Of a stretch of 64,000 bases of DNA, positions 1 to 13,185 are shown piece after piece. The stretch is taken from contig OZ024745.1 of the NCBI GenBank assembly GCA_964016885.1, forward strand, positions 22,444,001-22,508,000, given 5' to 3'. The DNA is from Eledone cirrhosa (taxonomy: Eukaryota). The notes beneath the pieces are model-generated. The model was not told the origin of the DNA. It searched no databases and saw only the letters and a program-made list of their open reading frames with translations. The translations under genes were made by a program, and so were the position numbers. Every line of letters starts with the position of its first letter. Positions within the stretch are counted from its first letter, which is position 1.

Positions 1-392
1 CAGGGACTTCCTTGGCTGCAGTGGATGGCCACGACGTCTGTAGTGCCTTGCCGTGCCCTAGCGCTTGCCACCGCTTGCTGTTGCCGCCTTTGTGACCGTT
101 GGGAGGATGTTGTCCTCCTCCACTCACTCCGCCGGGTCCAGTGTTCGCATGCGGGGGAAGGCATCCCCTATCTAACTCACCGTGGGGTTTCAGACCCGTC
201 CAGCTACCCTCAACCTTGTTCGGCCCGCCAGCCAAGGCGGTTTACTGGGGTGTGGCCACTGTCGCATGCTACAACTTCTTGGGGTCACAGGTGAGGGCTG
301 AGTGTCAGGTGGGACGCAATGCAGAACGAGCTGTCATGAAAAGGGCATGGCTAGCCCTCCCTACAGAGGTACATGCCCCTCCCTGACACCCC
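1..392 (-). mobile_element. 5' UTR of a probable RTE-clade LINE, running off the window start
   Basis: GC-rich unique block that starts abruptly next to a TA/CA microsatellite and opens with an HDV-like fold; resembles RTE 5' UTRs from recall only. Confidence 0.55.
207..392 (-). ncRNA. Candidate HDV-like self-cleaving ribozyme
   Basis: Minus strand: P1 GGGGUGU/ACACCCC, P2 CCCUCACCUGU/ACAAGGUUGAGGG, P4 CCGCC/GGCGG, J4/2 GCCGA, in HDV order; P1.1 and P3 imperfect. Confidence 0.55.
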
Positions 393-568
393 AGGCATAT
401 ACACACGCATATACATACACATACATATGTACATGCGTATATAAATATTTACACATTTTTGGATAGCATTTGACTCTTATGAGTTCTTCCGCCCTTTGTC
501 AGGTTTTGTTTTTTGTCCTGCAGGGTAACAAAAATCACCTTCCTCACCAAGTAAACTTGGTGGGGTTG

Positions 569-687
569 CCAGTTTAGTCGCCGACAACCCGACCATGCGA
601 CAGGTTGTACTGGGTTACATGTTACCAGTAGCACTCAAGAGTGACATGACATAGGGCGTGACTAACCGCTTCTTATTCATGCTGGTC
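569..687 (-). ncRNA. Second candidate HDV-like ribozyme (5' remnant of a non-LTR element)
   Basis: Minus strand: P1 GACCA/UGGUC followed by GG, P2 CCAGU/ACUGG, J4/2 GACUAA; P3 imperfect. Confidence 0.4.
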
Positions 688-839
688 ACTGTCGAGACCT
701 CTAGTGTCCTCCTCCTCCCCGCCCACATAATCACACCCACCACCAACACCAATGTTATTAACAGTAAAACTCCCCTATCACGACTCCCTGTTGGTTATTT
801 TAGTTTTTTTCTATCATCTTTTTTCGACAATCTTCTCGC

Positions 840-1250
840 TCACTGTTATCATCATCATCATTAATAATATAATAATTCGTACTACGACGACCGCCATTAC
901 CCCCACTACAACTACCACTTCCACAATCACCACCAACGTAATCAACACCACCACCACCATCACCATTATCACAACTACCACCACCACCACATCCACGACC
1001 ACTACCATCATGACCTTGACCACGATGGCGACGACAATCATTCACATCATCATCATTCACATCATCACCATGACCAAAGCCACCACGACAACCACCATCA
1101 CCATCACCAGCACCACCATCACCACCAGCACCATCATTCACATCACCACTATCGACACCAGCACCATTACCAACACCACCACGATCACCACCACCACCAT
1201 CACCACCATCAGCACCATAACCATCATCACCACCACCAACATTCACATCA
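840..1250. repeat. Degenerate (CAC/CAT)n low-complexity tract
   Basis: Visible triplet periodicity. Confidence 0.9.
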
Positions 1251-1449
1251 GCTGGTAGTAAACCACGACAACATATCGTCATCTCCATTAACTGAACCGT
1301 CCTTATGTCAACCAACGATATCCGGATGTTCAGCTAGGTTAGAATTGATCGGCAATTTTTGAAATATGACATATCTCACGCCATTTATTGAAAAAAATTC
1401 ATAGTATGATGGATTACATGCCTCCTGCCAACGTATACCACAAGATCGA

Positions 1450-2980
1450 CAACACCAACACCACCACCAACACCAACACCAACACCAACACCAACTCCAA
1501 CACCACCAACACCACCACCAGCACCAACACCAACACCAACACCAACTCCAACACCACCAACACCAACACCAACACCACCAACCCCAACACTAACACCAAC
1601 ACCACCAACACAAACACCACCAACACCAACACCAACACCAACACCAACACCACCAACACCAACACCACTACCAACACCACCATCAACACCAACATCAACA
1701 CCAACACCGACACCAACACCACCAACACCACCAACACCAACACCACCAACACCAACACCACCAACACCACCAACACCAACACCAACACCAACACCACCAA
1801 CACCAACACCACCAACACCAACACCACCAACACCACCAACACCACCAACACCACCAACACCAACACCACCAACACCAACACCACCAACACCAACACCAAC
1901 ACCACCAACACCAACACCACCAACACCAAAACCAACACCACCAACACCGACACCACCAACACCAACACCAACACCAACACCAACACCAACACCAACACCA
2001 CCAACACCAACACCACCAACACCAACACCACCAACACCACCAACACCAACACCACCAACACCAACACCACCAACACCACCAACACCAACACCAACACCAC
2101 CAACACCAACACCACCACCAACACCAACACCAACACCAACACCAACACCAACACCAACACCAACACCAACACCACCAACACCACCAACACCAACACCACC
2201 AACACCAACACCACCAACACCAACACCAACACCACCAACACCAACACGACCAACACCAACACCAACACCAGCAACCCCAACACCAACACCAACACCACCA
2301 ACACCATCACCACCAACACCAACACCAACACCAACACCAATACCACCAACACCAACACCAACACCAACACCAACACCACCAACCCCAACACCAACACCAA
2401 CACCACCAACACCAACACCACCAACACCAACACCAACACCACCAACACCAACACCACCAACACCAACACCAACACCACCAACACCAACACCACCAACACC
2501 AACACCACCAACACCAACACCAACACCACCAACACCAACACCACCACCACCAACACCACCAACACCACCAACACCAACACCACCAACACCAACACCACCA
2601 ACACCACCACCACCAACACCACCAACACCAACACCACCAACACCACCACCACCAACACCACCAACACCACCAACACCAACACCACCACCACCAACACCAC
2701 CAACACCACCAACACCAACACCACCAACACCAACACCACCAACACCACCACCACCAACACCACCAACACCACCAACACCAACACCACCAACACCAACACC
2801 ACCAACACCACCACCACCAACACCTCCACCAACACCACCAACACCAACACCAACACCAACACCTCCAGCAACACCAACACCAACACCTCCACCAACACCA
2901 CCAACACCAAGACCAACACCAACACCACCAACACCAACACCAACACCAACACCACCAACACCAACACCAACGCCAACACC
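1450..2980. repeat. ~1.5 kb (ACC/AAC) compound tandem repeat
   Basis: CAACAC/CAC units; source of the spurious poly-TN and poly-VL ORFs. Confidence 0.95.
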
Positions 2981-3000
2981 AGTATTATCCTCCTGCGTGC

Positions 3001-3380
3001 ATGACTATCAACAACATCATCATCATCATCATCGTGAGTATCATCATCATCATCACCATCATCACCATCGTCATCATCATCATCATCATTTATCATCGTC
3101 ATTATCATCATTATCATTGTCATTATTATCACCATTATCAACATCATCATCATCATCGTCATCATCATCGTCAGTGTCATTTTTATCTTCCCCCATCCCA
3201 CCTTCTCATTGCTTCTCTCCTTTACCATCGTCATCTTTCATCATCAGTATTGTTCTCATCGGTGTCATCATCTCTGTCATCACCGTCATCATCAGTTCAT
3301 CGTCGCCATTATTAACATAACTATTAACTCTGAACCACTAGTTGCTGATGTTGTTCTTGTTGTTGTTATTGTTGTTGTTG
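3001..3380. repeat. (CAT)n / (GTT)n degenerate microsatellites
   Basis: Direct inspection. Confidence 0.85.
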
Positions 3381-3882
3381 ATTATTCCCAAGTCAGCCCT
3401 GATTAGTGACGTAGCTATCCTAGATGTTATACTGATTGATGCCATCTTTGAATTGGTGGCAAGGACTAAAATCAACCCAATACACACCAAGAACTTCTCT
3501 CGGGAAAGGTGTCACCTATGGTGAACTGAAGCCCTCACAACCCACGTATCTATGCTACACTTGTTGATCAAGCAGATCTATAACCAAAAGCATTCCATCT
3601 GTGACTACCCATCCTTCTTGGCCCCATCATCTTTCTATCCTTGTATTCAACCATCCCCATTTTAACAACTTAAATCATGCAATTCTTTTCAAAATACCCC
3701 TATATTCTAGAAGCCAAAAGGCGAAACTCCGAGTTAGTGTATCGTTCAATTAGATCAGAGGTTCTCGAAGTGGGTGCTACCGCCCCCCGGGGACGTTGAG
3801 AAGGTCCAGGGGGCGCTGGCGCCTAAGAGGGTGGTGGGGCGATAGAGATGATATAATAGTATATTAAATATCAAATGATATA

Positions 3883-4560
3883 TCTAAACTATAATAAAGA
3901 AAGGAGTGCGGCACTACGTCCAGAATAGATTTTTTTTTATCCCGTTTGTAAAATAAGTTGGATTACTTTGATTAAATAATTGTTTCTACTTTAGGCACAA
4001 GGCCAGCAATTACCCAGTGCATTACTGGTACTTTATTTTATCGACCCCGTAAGGATGAAAGGCAAAGTCGACCTTGGCGGGATTTGAACTCAGATCGTAA
4101 AGGGACGTAACTATGCTGGAAAGCATGGCGTCCGACCCTCTACTGATACTGCCAATCCACCGCAAATAATGAATGAATATTATGTAATTTATCTACTAAA
4201 TTTCGTTATTCTTGATTAAATATAAATAATTATGTTGCTTATTTTAAGATTCACTTCTTTAAAATTTTCAAGTATCAACACTTCCGGTTAGCGATCGCTT
4301 AAATAAACAGTAATATCTTTCCGTCACCAATTTTCTCCTAATGCAGTTTATATATAATATCGTCTTTTTTTAATGTATCATGGTTACGTTACTGATTACA
4401 TAAGACAGTGTAACACAGTCTTCGTTCAATTTCTGTGTATATTTCAATTACGATTTCATTTGATGTATCTTATCTACATGCATATATACTTGCGTATAAT
4501 ATCAATATACACACTACACATGCTAGCAGAAAACAACCCGAAGGCTGGTTCTTCTGCTAG
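3883..4560 (+). mobile_element. Non-autonomous Helitron nested in the hAT MITE
   Basis: A|TC start, subterminal hairpin, CTAG|T end; homologous copy at 52978-53459. Confidence 0.8.
3981..4163 (-). mobile_element. tRNA-derived SINE nested in the Helitron
   Basis: B box GAGTTCAAATCC on minus; AAATAAT duplicated at both ends; site is empty in the 53k Helitron copy. Confidence 0.9.
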
Positions 4561-4660
4561 TATTATATAAAAATATATTAAAATAAAAAAACAGTAAAAT
4601 GAAAAATATATAATATTTATTTATACACAGTATATATATTATATTATTATATTATTTATT

Positions 4661-4822
4661 AGGGCGGTGGATTGGCAGTATCGGTAGTTACGTCCCTTTG
4701 CGATCTGAGTTCAAATCCCGCCGAGGTTGACTTTGCCTGTCATCCTTACGGGGTCTATAAAATAAAGTACCAGTAATGCACTGGTTAATTGCTGGCCTTG
4801 TGCCTAAAGTAGAAACAATTAT
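4661..4822 (+). mobile_element. tRNA-derived SINE
   Basis: Head GGCGGTGGATTGGCAGTATCGGTAG, B box GAGTTCAAATCC, conserved body, tail GTAGAAACAATTAT. Confidence 0.9.
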
Positions 4823-5450
4823 ATTATTTATTATATATAAATTTATATTTAAATTATATATAAATTATTATATTATTTATTATATATAAATTAACGATTT
4901 TATATATTATATATTATTTACAATTTTCGTGGAGGGGTGGGCGCTGATGGTATTATATGGCCATGAGGGAGGCGGTGGCCCCAAAAGTTTGAGAAACTCT
5001 GAATTAGATGAAAGTTGTAGTGGCATTTTACACCTTATGATCATTTCTTATTCCATGGTACGTCGTGTGATTTAGAGAAGCTCTTGTGAGTATAAATATC
5101 AATATGGTGGCAACTTTTAATGTATTATTCAAACTACCGAAAGATTACTTTTGTTACATGTCAAAATCGTAAACATTGATTCAAATGGAAACAACAAAGC
5201 AAACAGCACAGTACAATGAAGAAATATTTTAGATTAACGCTTAACAATGAACCAGTGGTTCCCACACATTTTTGCTCCATGCCCCTCCTCAACATCTAAA
5301 GAATGTTTATGTCCCACTTTAATATAAAAACTTTTGTAAAAGTGTAATTACTGTAATATAAAGTAGAAATCCTTTAATCAAACAAAGCTAAAACTGGAGC
5401 GAACAATCTTTTCTTCCTATTTAAGTTCAACTTAACTCACCAAACTCCAC

Positions 5451-5613
5451 CAATTATCCCAGTGTATTACTGGTACTTTATTTTATCAACCCCGTAAGGA
5501 TGAAAAGCAAAGTTAACCTTGGCGAGATTTCAACTCAGACCATAAAGGGCCGTAACTCTTTGCTGCAAAGCATGACGTCAGACCCTTTACCGATACTCCC
5601 AATCCACCGCCCT
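5451..5613 (-). mobile_element. tRNA-derived SINE (same family)
   Basis: Reverse complement matches 4661-4822. Confidence 0.85.
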
Positions 5614-5923
5614 CAAGATAAAATAATGCAAGTTAGTCATTTAGTGAGATCCATTAGCTTGATGTATGCTACAAATGTTTCTATTTGAAGCACCGATTTA
5701 GTCAGTTATAACATTCAATCTCCTCGTTTAGTGATAACCATTCAATTACTTTTTTCCAGTTACCAGAAACGTTAGTACAGTTTGTAAATGATAATTACTT
5801 TGCATAAGAAGTGTAACTGGAAGTTTGGTCGTATTATATCACTCTCAAATTGCCTCCCATTATATTCAAATTGGCCACCTATGAAGCGTGCGCCCGACTT
5901 TGGGAATAACTGAAATAGACAAT

Positions 5924-5999
<76 letters not shown>

Positions 6000-6032
6000 A
6001 TATATGTGTGTGTGAGTGTGTGTGTGTGTGTG

Positions 6033-6077
<45 letters not shown>

Positions 6078-6081
<4 letters not shown>

Positions 6082-7114
6082 TATAAAACAGAGGATGTCT
6101 GTGTGTCTGTCTGTGTAAATCCCTAAAAAAGTACCGATTTTTTTAAAGCTAGGAAATTTGCTAATTAACATTGGGCATTACATGCCATTTTCATTTTCAA
6201 TATAAACGGTACTTAAACATCGTAAGTAGCGTATAATATTTCGTTAAAAATTTTGTTTATTTAACAGAGGACACAACACTTACTTTTAAGCAGGACCGTT
6301 TTCGGGGGATTGAGGAAATGAGGAGGACCTTGACATTTTTTCATCACGGACAAATCCGAGCCCTGTGTACGTTGACGTGTTATTGACACCGTAAAACTCA
6401 CGTCTGTGCTACTTTTACTAAAACCCCTTTTCTTGCACCCACACCGCAGTATGAACGCTCTGCGTAAGTACGCCGAACAGCGGTTGTGCTAATTCCGCGG
6501 TGGCCCCTTTTGTCGCACTTTTGTTGCTGTGTAAACGCAGTGCAACCAGTGTCGCCCAGCGCTTGTGCTAATTGCACTATGACCCCGCCCCTTCTGCTGC
6601 AGCTACGTTGCCACGCTGATTTCGTCATCTCAATATCCCTGCTTAAACGTACATCCCTACTTGGTTTTCACACAATTGACTACGTCGCTCCTTCAGACTG
6701 GCGTGTGTTCCCCATCCGTGACGTAATTCGTGAACAGACGACATACAACACCCCACAACACTTGCTTACTCCTTTCGCATACAGGATTTCCGCAATCAGC
6801 CCACTGTCCGAATGACTGGGTGCAAATCTATAAAACTCGAAAAGTACCTAACCGATTTTCTCCAAATAGAAGAAAAATCATACGCTAAGATTATTACGCT
6901 TAAAGAGTATCCAGCTGATTTTCTTCAGATTTTGCACATGCATGCAGATGTTTCACGATTCGGGCCTGCTGGTCTTCTACGTTTCCAGTAGATGAACAAT
7001 CATTCTCTGAGAATAATAATTCAAAATTTACACAGTTACATTCCTCAAACTTTGCATATTCGTGTTGCTATTTTACGTTTCCTACCCCCGTGCAACGCCG
7101 GGTCCTGCTGCTAG
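6078..7114 (+). mobile_element. Non-autonomous Helitron
   Basis: 3' end CCCGTGCAACGCCGGG hairpin, short spacer, CTAG|T; 5' boundary approximate. Confidence 0.7.
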
Positions 7115-7116
7115 TA

Positions 7117-7147
<31 letters not shown>

Positions 7148-7435
7148 TTGTACGTATATTTAGATACGTGTTAAAAGGACCCACGTGAGTAAAGAAGGGG
7201 AGATGCACCAGTCAGAAACAACGGAAAACCTGAAAGTATAAGAATTTCCAGAAGTTGACGGAGAAACGGAAAAGAAATGACTGTTCAATTTTCCGTTGTT
7301 TTTTTCCGTTGTCTTTGTCATGTGCGCCCTACTTTTGTTGATATATATATATATATATCAACAAAAGTATATATATATATATTATGAAATACTGTTGGCT
7401 TCTTGCTCACAATAATTTCTATACTTTTCATTTAG

Positions 7436-7466
<31 letters not shown>

Positions 7467-7513
7467 TATACATTATATATTATATATTATACATTATATA
7501 TTATACATTATAC

Positions 7514-7545
<32 letters not shown>

Positions 7546-7553
<8 letters not shown>

Positions 7554-7635
7554 ATATTAATAAATGGAAACTATATTTATAAAACTATATTTATTTTATT
7601 ATAAATATAGTTTCCATTTATTAATATATTGTGTA
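7546..7635. repeat. AT-rich fold-back inverted repeat beside (TA)n
   Basis: CAATATATTAATAAATGGAAACTATATTTATAA ... TTATAAATATAGTTTCCATTTATTAATATATTG. Confidence 0.8.
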
Positions 7636-7720
7636 TTTACTCCACTGAGCTGTTGAGTGCTTTATATCAGTTATAAAAATGTTTAAGCTTGTTGAATCCC
7701 AACAAATTAAATATAACCTC

Positions 7721-7758
<38 letters not shown>

Positions 7759-8036
7759 GAGAGAGATAGATATATACGTACAAACGTATACATACACAGT
7801 CAGACACGCGCGTGTATATATGTGTATATATGTGTATATATATATATATCAAAGTGTTTGCTTTACTTTCTTTTATTTCATGTTTGTCTTCATGCCTGTC
7901 TGTCTGTCGCCGTCTTGTCCTACATTTCATTGAGGCCTGCCACTTTCTTCCTTTCAGTCTCTCTCTTGATCTTTGTCTCTGTCTATCTAACTAGTATCTA
8001 TCTATCTTTCTATCTATCCTTCTGGCAAATAAAGAA

Positions 8037-8127
<91 letters not shown>

Positions 8128-8519
8128 AAAAAGTATGACCCGACGGCAGAGCTCAAGCCGTCATACTTTTTCCTATTTCCCACTCCACTACCCTAAGTAT
8201 TGAGTACTCTGGTGCGTTATGGTCCATCTGGTTCCTTACCACAATTCCTTTGTTATATAGATATATATATATATATATACATATATTTATCTTCGTCTAC
8301 AATTTACTTAGTCATATTTTATTTATTTATATATTTATGTATTTATTGAAGAGCACTTACAGAGCCCTTCATATTTAGAGCCGAAGTAAAACGGAAGGCA
8401 TTTGCCTTAGAAGAGCTTCAAGTGGTGAAGGGGAAAACTTACTATTCAAAGCTCATGGACAACAAGTGGTTATTTGTGGAACACCCCTTCCATATAGGGG
8501 ATAATAATAATACGGAGAG

Positions 8520-8996
8520 GAAGGAGGAGAAGAAGAAGAAGAAGAAGAAGAAGAAGAAGAAGAAGAAGAAGAAGAAGAAGAAGAAGAAGAAGAAGAAGAA
8601 GAAGGGGGAGGAGGAGGAGGAGGAGGAGAAGAAGAAGAAGAAGAAGAAGAAGAAGAAGAAGAAGAAGAAGAAGAAGAAGAAGAAGAAGAAGAAGAAGAAG
8701 AAGAAGAAGAAGAAGGATGGGGGAAGAAGAAGAAGTAAAAGAATGAGGAGGAAGAGGATAGGGAGAAGAAGAGGGAGGAGGAGGAGGAGAAGAAGAAGAA
8801 GAAGAAGAAGAAGAAGAAGAAGAAGAAGAAGAAGAAGAAGAAGAAGAAGAAAGGGGAGGAGAAGAAGAAGAAGAAGAAGAAGAAGAAGAAGAAGAAGAAG
8901 AAGAAGAAGAAGAAGAAGAAAAAGAAGAAGAAGAAGAAGAAGAAGAAGAAGAAGAAGAAGAAGAAGAAGAAGAAGAAGAAGAAGAAGAAGAAGAAG

Positions 8997-9030
<34 letters not shown>
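8520..9030. repeat. (GAA)n/(GAG)n/(CAA)n microsatellite block
   Basis: Direct inspection. Confidence 0.95.
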
Positions 9031-9031
<1 letters not shown>

Positions 9032-9159
9032 GAATAACAATAACAACAACTACAATTACAAAAATAATAAGAAACAACAAGAAAAATAGGCTTAGAAGAA
9101 ATGAAATTCTGTTTCCTATTTCTACTGTCGTTTTTTTTTCTTTCATTCTCTTTTTTCAT

Positions 9160-9630
9160 TATATTTGTTTTATATTTGTTTTATATTTGTTTTGCATTTT
9201 TTTTAATATTTGTTTGTATTTGTTTTATATTTGTTTTATATTTGTTTTTTATTTGTTTTGTATTTGTTTTATATTATTTTTATATTTGTTTGTATTTGAT
9301 TTATATTTGTTTTATATTTGTTTTGAATTTGTTTTGTATTTGTTTTATATTTGTTTTGTATTTGTTTCGTATTTGTTTTATATGTTTTTATTTGTTTTGT
9401 ATTTGTTTTATATTTGTTTTATATTTGTTTTGTATTTATTTGTTTTGTATTTGTTTTGTATTTGTTTTGTATTTGTTTTATATTTGTTTTGTATTTGTTT
9501 TATATTTGTTTTATATTTGTTTCGTATTTGTTTTATATTTGTTTCATATTTGTTTTGTATTTGTTTTATATTTGTTTTATATTTGTTTTATATTTGTTTT
9601 GTATTTGTTTATATTTGTTTTATATTTGTT
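9160..9630. repeat. 12-bp minisatellite (TATTTGTTTTR-T type)
   Basis: Tandem ATATTTGTTTTR units. Confidence 0.9.
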
Positions 9631-9684
9631 TTTATTATAGTTAGTTTGGTATTTTTCAACTCTGCAATTGTTATTTATTTTCGT

Positions 9685-9834
9685 CGTCATCATCATCATC
9701 ACCATCATCATCACCATCATCATCGTCTTCATCATTGTCATCGCCACCATCACCATCATCACCATCATCATCCACACCATCATCATCATCATCACCATAA
9801 TCATCACCATCCCCACCATCATCATCATCACCAC

Positions 9835-9905
<71 letters not shown>

Positions 9906-10129
9906 GCAGCAACACCATCATCATTGTCATCATCACCATCACCATCATCATCACCATCATCATCACCACAATCATCAACATCATCATCGTCATCATCATT
10001 GTCATCGTCACCATCACCATCATCACCATCACCATCCACACCATCATCATCACCACAATCATCACCATCATCATCATCACCATCATCATCATCAGCAGCA
10101 GCAGCAGCACCACCATCATTGTCATCATC

Positions 10130-10162
<33 letters not shown>

Positions 10163-10361
10163 CCCATCATCATCATCATCACCACCATCATCATCATCAT
10201 CATCATTATCACCACCATCATCATCATCATCATCATCATCCCCATCATCATCATCATCACCACCATCATCACCATTGTCATCGTCGTCGTCATTACACCA
10301 GCTGCTCTTATTGTTTGTGTTTCGTTTTGGTTCTTTTTGTATCTATGTTTGTTGTTGTTAC

Positions 10362-10396
<35 letters not shown>

Positions 10397-10397
10397 A

Positions 10398-10432
<35 letters not shown>

Positions 10433-10442
10433 ATGTTGTTGA

Positions 10443-10498
<56 letters not shown>

Positions 10499-10500
10499 TA
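9685..10500. repeat. (CAT/CAC)n then (GTT)n microsatellites
   Basis: Direct inspection. Confidence 0.95.
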
Positions 10501-10539
10501 CTACTTTGATTTCGTGGCACCATGGACTATGTTGTAAGC

Positions 10540-10680
10540 ATTCGTTACGTCCCTTTACGATCTGAGTTCAAATCCCGCTGAGGTTCATTTTGCCTTTCAT
10601 CCTTACGGGGTCGATAAAATAAAGTACCAGTAATGTACTGGTATAATTGCTGGCCTTGTGCCTAAAGTAGAAACAATTAT
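10540..10680 (+). mobile_element. tRNA-derived SINE, 5' truncated
   Basis: B box and body match other copies. Confidence 0.85.
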
Positions 10681-11340
10681 TTACAATTGCCAGTTACTAG
10701 AATGAAGTATATCTATGTGCGCGCCTGCCTGAGTTAGTATGTGTTGGTGTATGTATGTACGTTGTGTGTGTGTGTGCGTGTGCGTGCGCGTGTGTGTGGG
10801 GGGGGGGGGGGTACGTGAGAGTGAGAATGAGAGTGACAGAGACAGAGAGGAAGAGAGAGAAAATATGGAAAAGTGGAGAGAATGTAGGTATCAATATATA
10901 TGACATTATATATATATATATTTCTCTCGACTGACCTCTTCCTCGCACTTGCACTCACTCACTCTCTGTTTCTGCCCTTCTCACTTCCTCCCGTTCGCTA
11001 GTAGTGGGGTTCCTTCTTTCTCACACTGCATTCACGGCGTACGGTCTGCTTCACTAACCGCTCATGAAATTCACCCAGCTTATGCTGATCGGATAACTAT
11101 CATGTTGCTTGCTGTTTTTCCAACCTTCGGTTTGCTTTTCCTTCTGTTGTTTACTTGTCTCACTCGCTTTACGCGTTTCACTTGTCCCAATAGCTTATTT
11201 TAGTTATTGCTCGCACCAACCTGAGGTATCTGATTTTTAATGCGATGAAATACCAATGATGGTTGGCAAATCACTGATGAGGGACTAATTTTATAATATG
11301 TAATCCATGTGCAACCATGCAGTATTCTTCTCCCCTTGTT

Positions 11341-11387
<47 letters not shown>

Positions 11388-11392
<5 letters not shown>

Positions 11393-11604
11393 GTGGTTAC
11401 ACAGCAGTTAGTTCACCATATCGAGAGCAATTGTTTCACCTTAGCGGATCCTGAGCTCGTAATCCGGATTACGAGCTGGGGATCCGCTAAGGTGAAACAA
11501 TTGTTCTCGGTATGGTGCACTAACTGTTGTGTAACCACTTCTACCTAACTCGTCCTATGGACGGAGTGCTCTGGCACTACGGATATTACCTTCCAGTGTT
11601 CTAC

Positions 11605-11610
<6 letters not shown>
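11388..11610 (+). repeat. Fold-back insert in (TA)n (palindrome 11388-11543 plus unique tail)
   Basis: ~78-bp arms centred on TCCGGA; carries GAAACAATTGTT, a hammerhead 3'-half motif. Confidence 0.85.
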
Positions 11611-11649
<39 letters not shown>

Positions 11650-11650
<1 letters not shown>

Positions 11651-12547
11651 GAGCTGTGTCAGAAAAGTTCCAGGACTGATGTCACAAAAGATTTATTTCA
11701 AACCCAAACTTCACACTAAGAGTTTTCTCCTTCAAAGTAATCCCCCTGTAGTCTAATGCACTTTTCCATCCTTTTCTGCCACGCTTGCATGCACTCCTGG
11801 AAGGATTCTTCCAGGAACCTCCGCAGTTCCGTCGTCACGGCCTTTTTGATGTCGTCCACGTCTTCAAAACGGGTCCCCTCCGGGTCGTACTCGAAGATCC
11901 ATGACTCATCACCGGTGATGACTGTCCCTAGCAAGTTTGGTTCGGTTTCAAGACGCTCGAGGATGTCCTGGCACACTTGAATGCGTCTTCCCTTCTGGTC
12001 ATCGTTCAGCAGTTTTGGCACTATCTTCGCGCAGACTCTCCGCATGTCCAAATCTTCAGTGAGAATCTTCCAGACGCTGTCCCGATTCATACCCAGCTCA
12101 TTTGCCATCAGTCGAAATGTCAGCCGACGATCGCTACGCACCATCTGCCTGACGCGCTCAACGTTGACCTCAGTCCTGGTTGTTGAGGGCCTTCCGCTCA
12201 TGGGGTCATCTTCCACGTTTTCGCGTCCTTCTTTAAACCTCTTGCACCACTCAAAAACACGTGAGCGTGACATCGTCTCATCTCCATACACTTGCTGCAG
12301 CGGAGTTTTCCCAAACCGTACCAGAAACTTCAAGTTTGTTCGTTTGTCTGTGCTCATTGCTTGACGACCTGAAACAGAGGACATGTATATAAAATTATGT
12401 AGAAAAAGTTTGATCGCTGCAGAGAGCTAAGATTACAGTTACATACTCCAGGGGGATTACTTTAAAGGAGAAAACTCTTAGTGTGAAGTTTGGGTTTGAA
12501 ATAAATCTTTTGTGACATCAGTTCTGGAACTTTTCTGACGCACCTCG
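11650..12547 (-). mobile_element. Internally deleted mariner element with ~100-bp TIRs, in (TA)n
   Basis: TA|CGAG...CTCG|TA ends; 11650-11748 inverted at 12449-12547. Confidence 0.93.
11716..12384 (-). pseudogene. Mariner transposase with in-frame internal deletion (222 aa)
   Basis: HTH region, SGRP, IVPKLL (WVPHEL equivalent), TGDESW, C-terminal GDYFEG; second Asp and YSPDLAP(D) missing. Confidence 0.92.
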
Positions 12548-12741
12548 TATATATATAAAGATATATATATATAGCTAGATAGATATATGTAAAATCCCGA
12601 CCGCGGTGCCAAGCTGTTTCGGCTTGTGACGTAACTTCTAACGATCAGCGGCTTTTAGACTCACCTGATTAAAGAAACAATTGTTAATACTGTAAATAAA
12701 CCCTATTGTACAGTCGACTATGTTATTCTTCATTCTTTTGC

Positions 12742-12910
<169 letters not shown>

Positions 12911-12920
12911 GTGTGTGTGT

Positions 12921-13185
12921 ATTGTTATAGTTGGGGAGGGTCATATTGTTGTAATAATATTGCCAGAAATAATAACAGAACACACTCACTGATTGCTTGG
13001 TTTTCACTTTTGTATCTTTTATATCTCCACAGTTAATTCATTTGGTCCTCAATGTTTATCATTGACTGGCCAACGGTAAAAAATACAGATATAGTATAGA
13101 TATAAACACATATATATAGTCTAACAAAGTTCTTTCGTTGCACATCTGCAACATCATCAGTGATACTATTATGTTCCTCCTGTTG
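12921..13185 (-). mobile_element. Solo 3' terminal region (pLTR) of a Penelope-like element
   Basis: Closely matches 38050-38335, downstream of the Penelope ORF. Confidence 0.85.
13124..13163 (-). ncRNA. Minimal type I hammerhead motif
   Basis: CUGAUGA-U-GUUGCA(GAUG)UGCAAC-GAAA-GAAC-UU; stem I weak. Confidence 0.7.

Larger units (their letters stand above)
3756..5001. mobile_element. Non-autonomous hAT (Charlie-like) MITE with nested insertions
   Basis: TIRs CAGAGGTTCTC / GAGAAACTCTG; perfect 8-bp TSD AATTAGAT at 3748-3755 and 5002-5009. Confidence 0.88.

Noticed and set aside
1388-3234. 538-aa poly-TN and 606-aa poly-VL ORFs
   Set aside because: Translations of an ACC/AAC tandem repeat that lacks stop codons; no domain
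8422-10537. 695-aa ORF and overlapping ORFs
   Set aside because: Concatenated GAA, 12-mer, CAT and GTT repeats
11273-11320. CTGATGAG as a hammerhead
   Set aside because: No stem II closure or GAAA downstream
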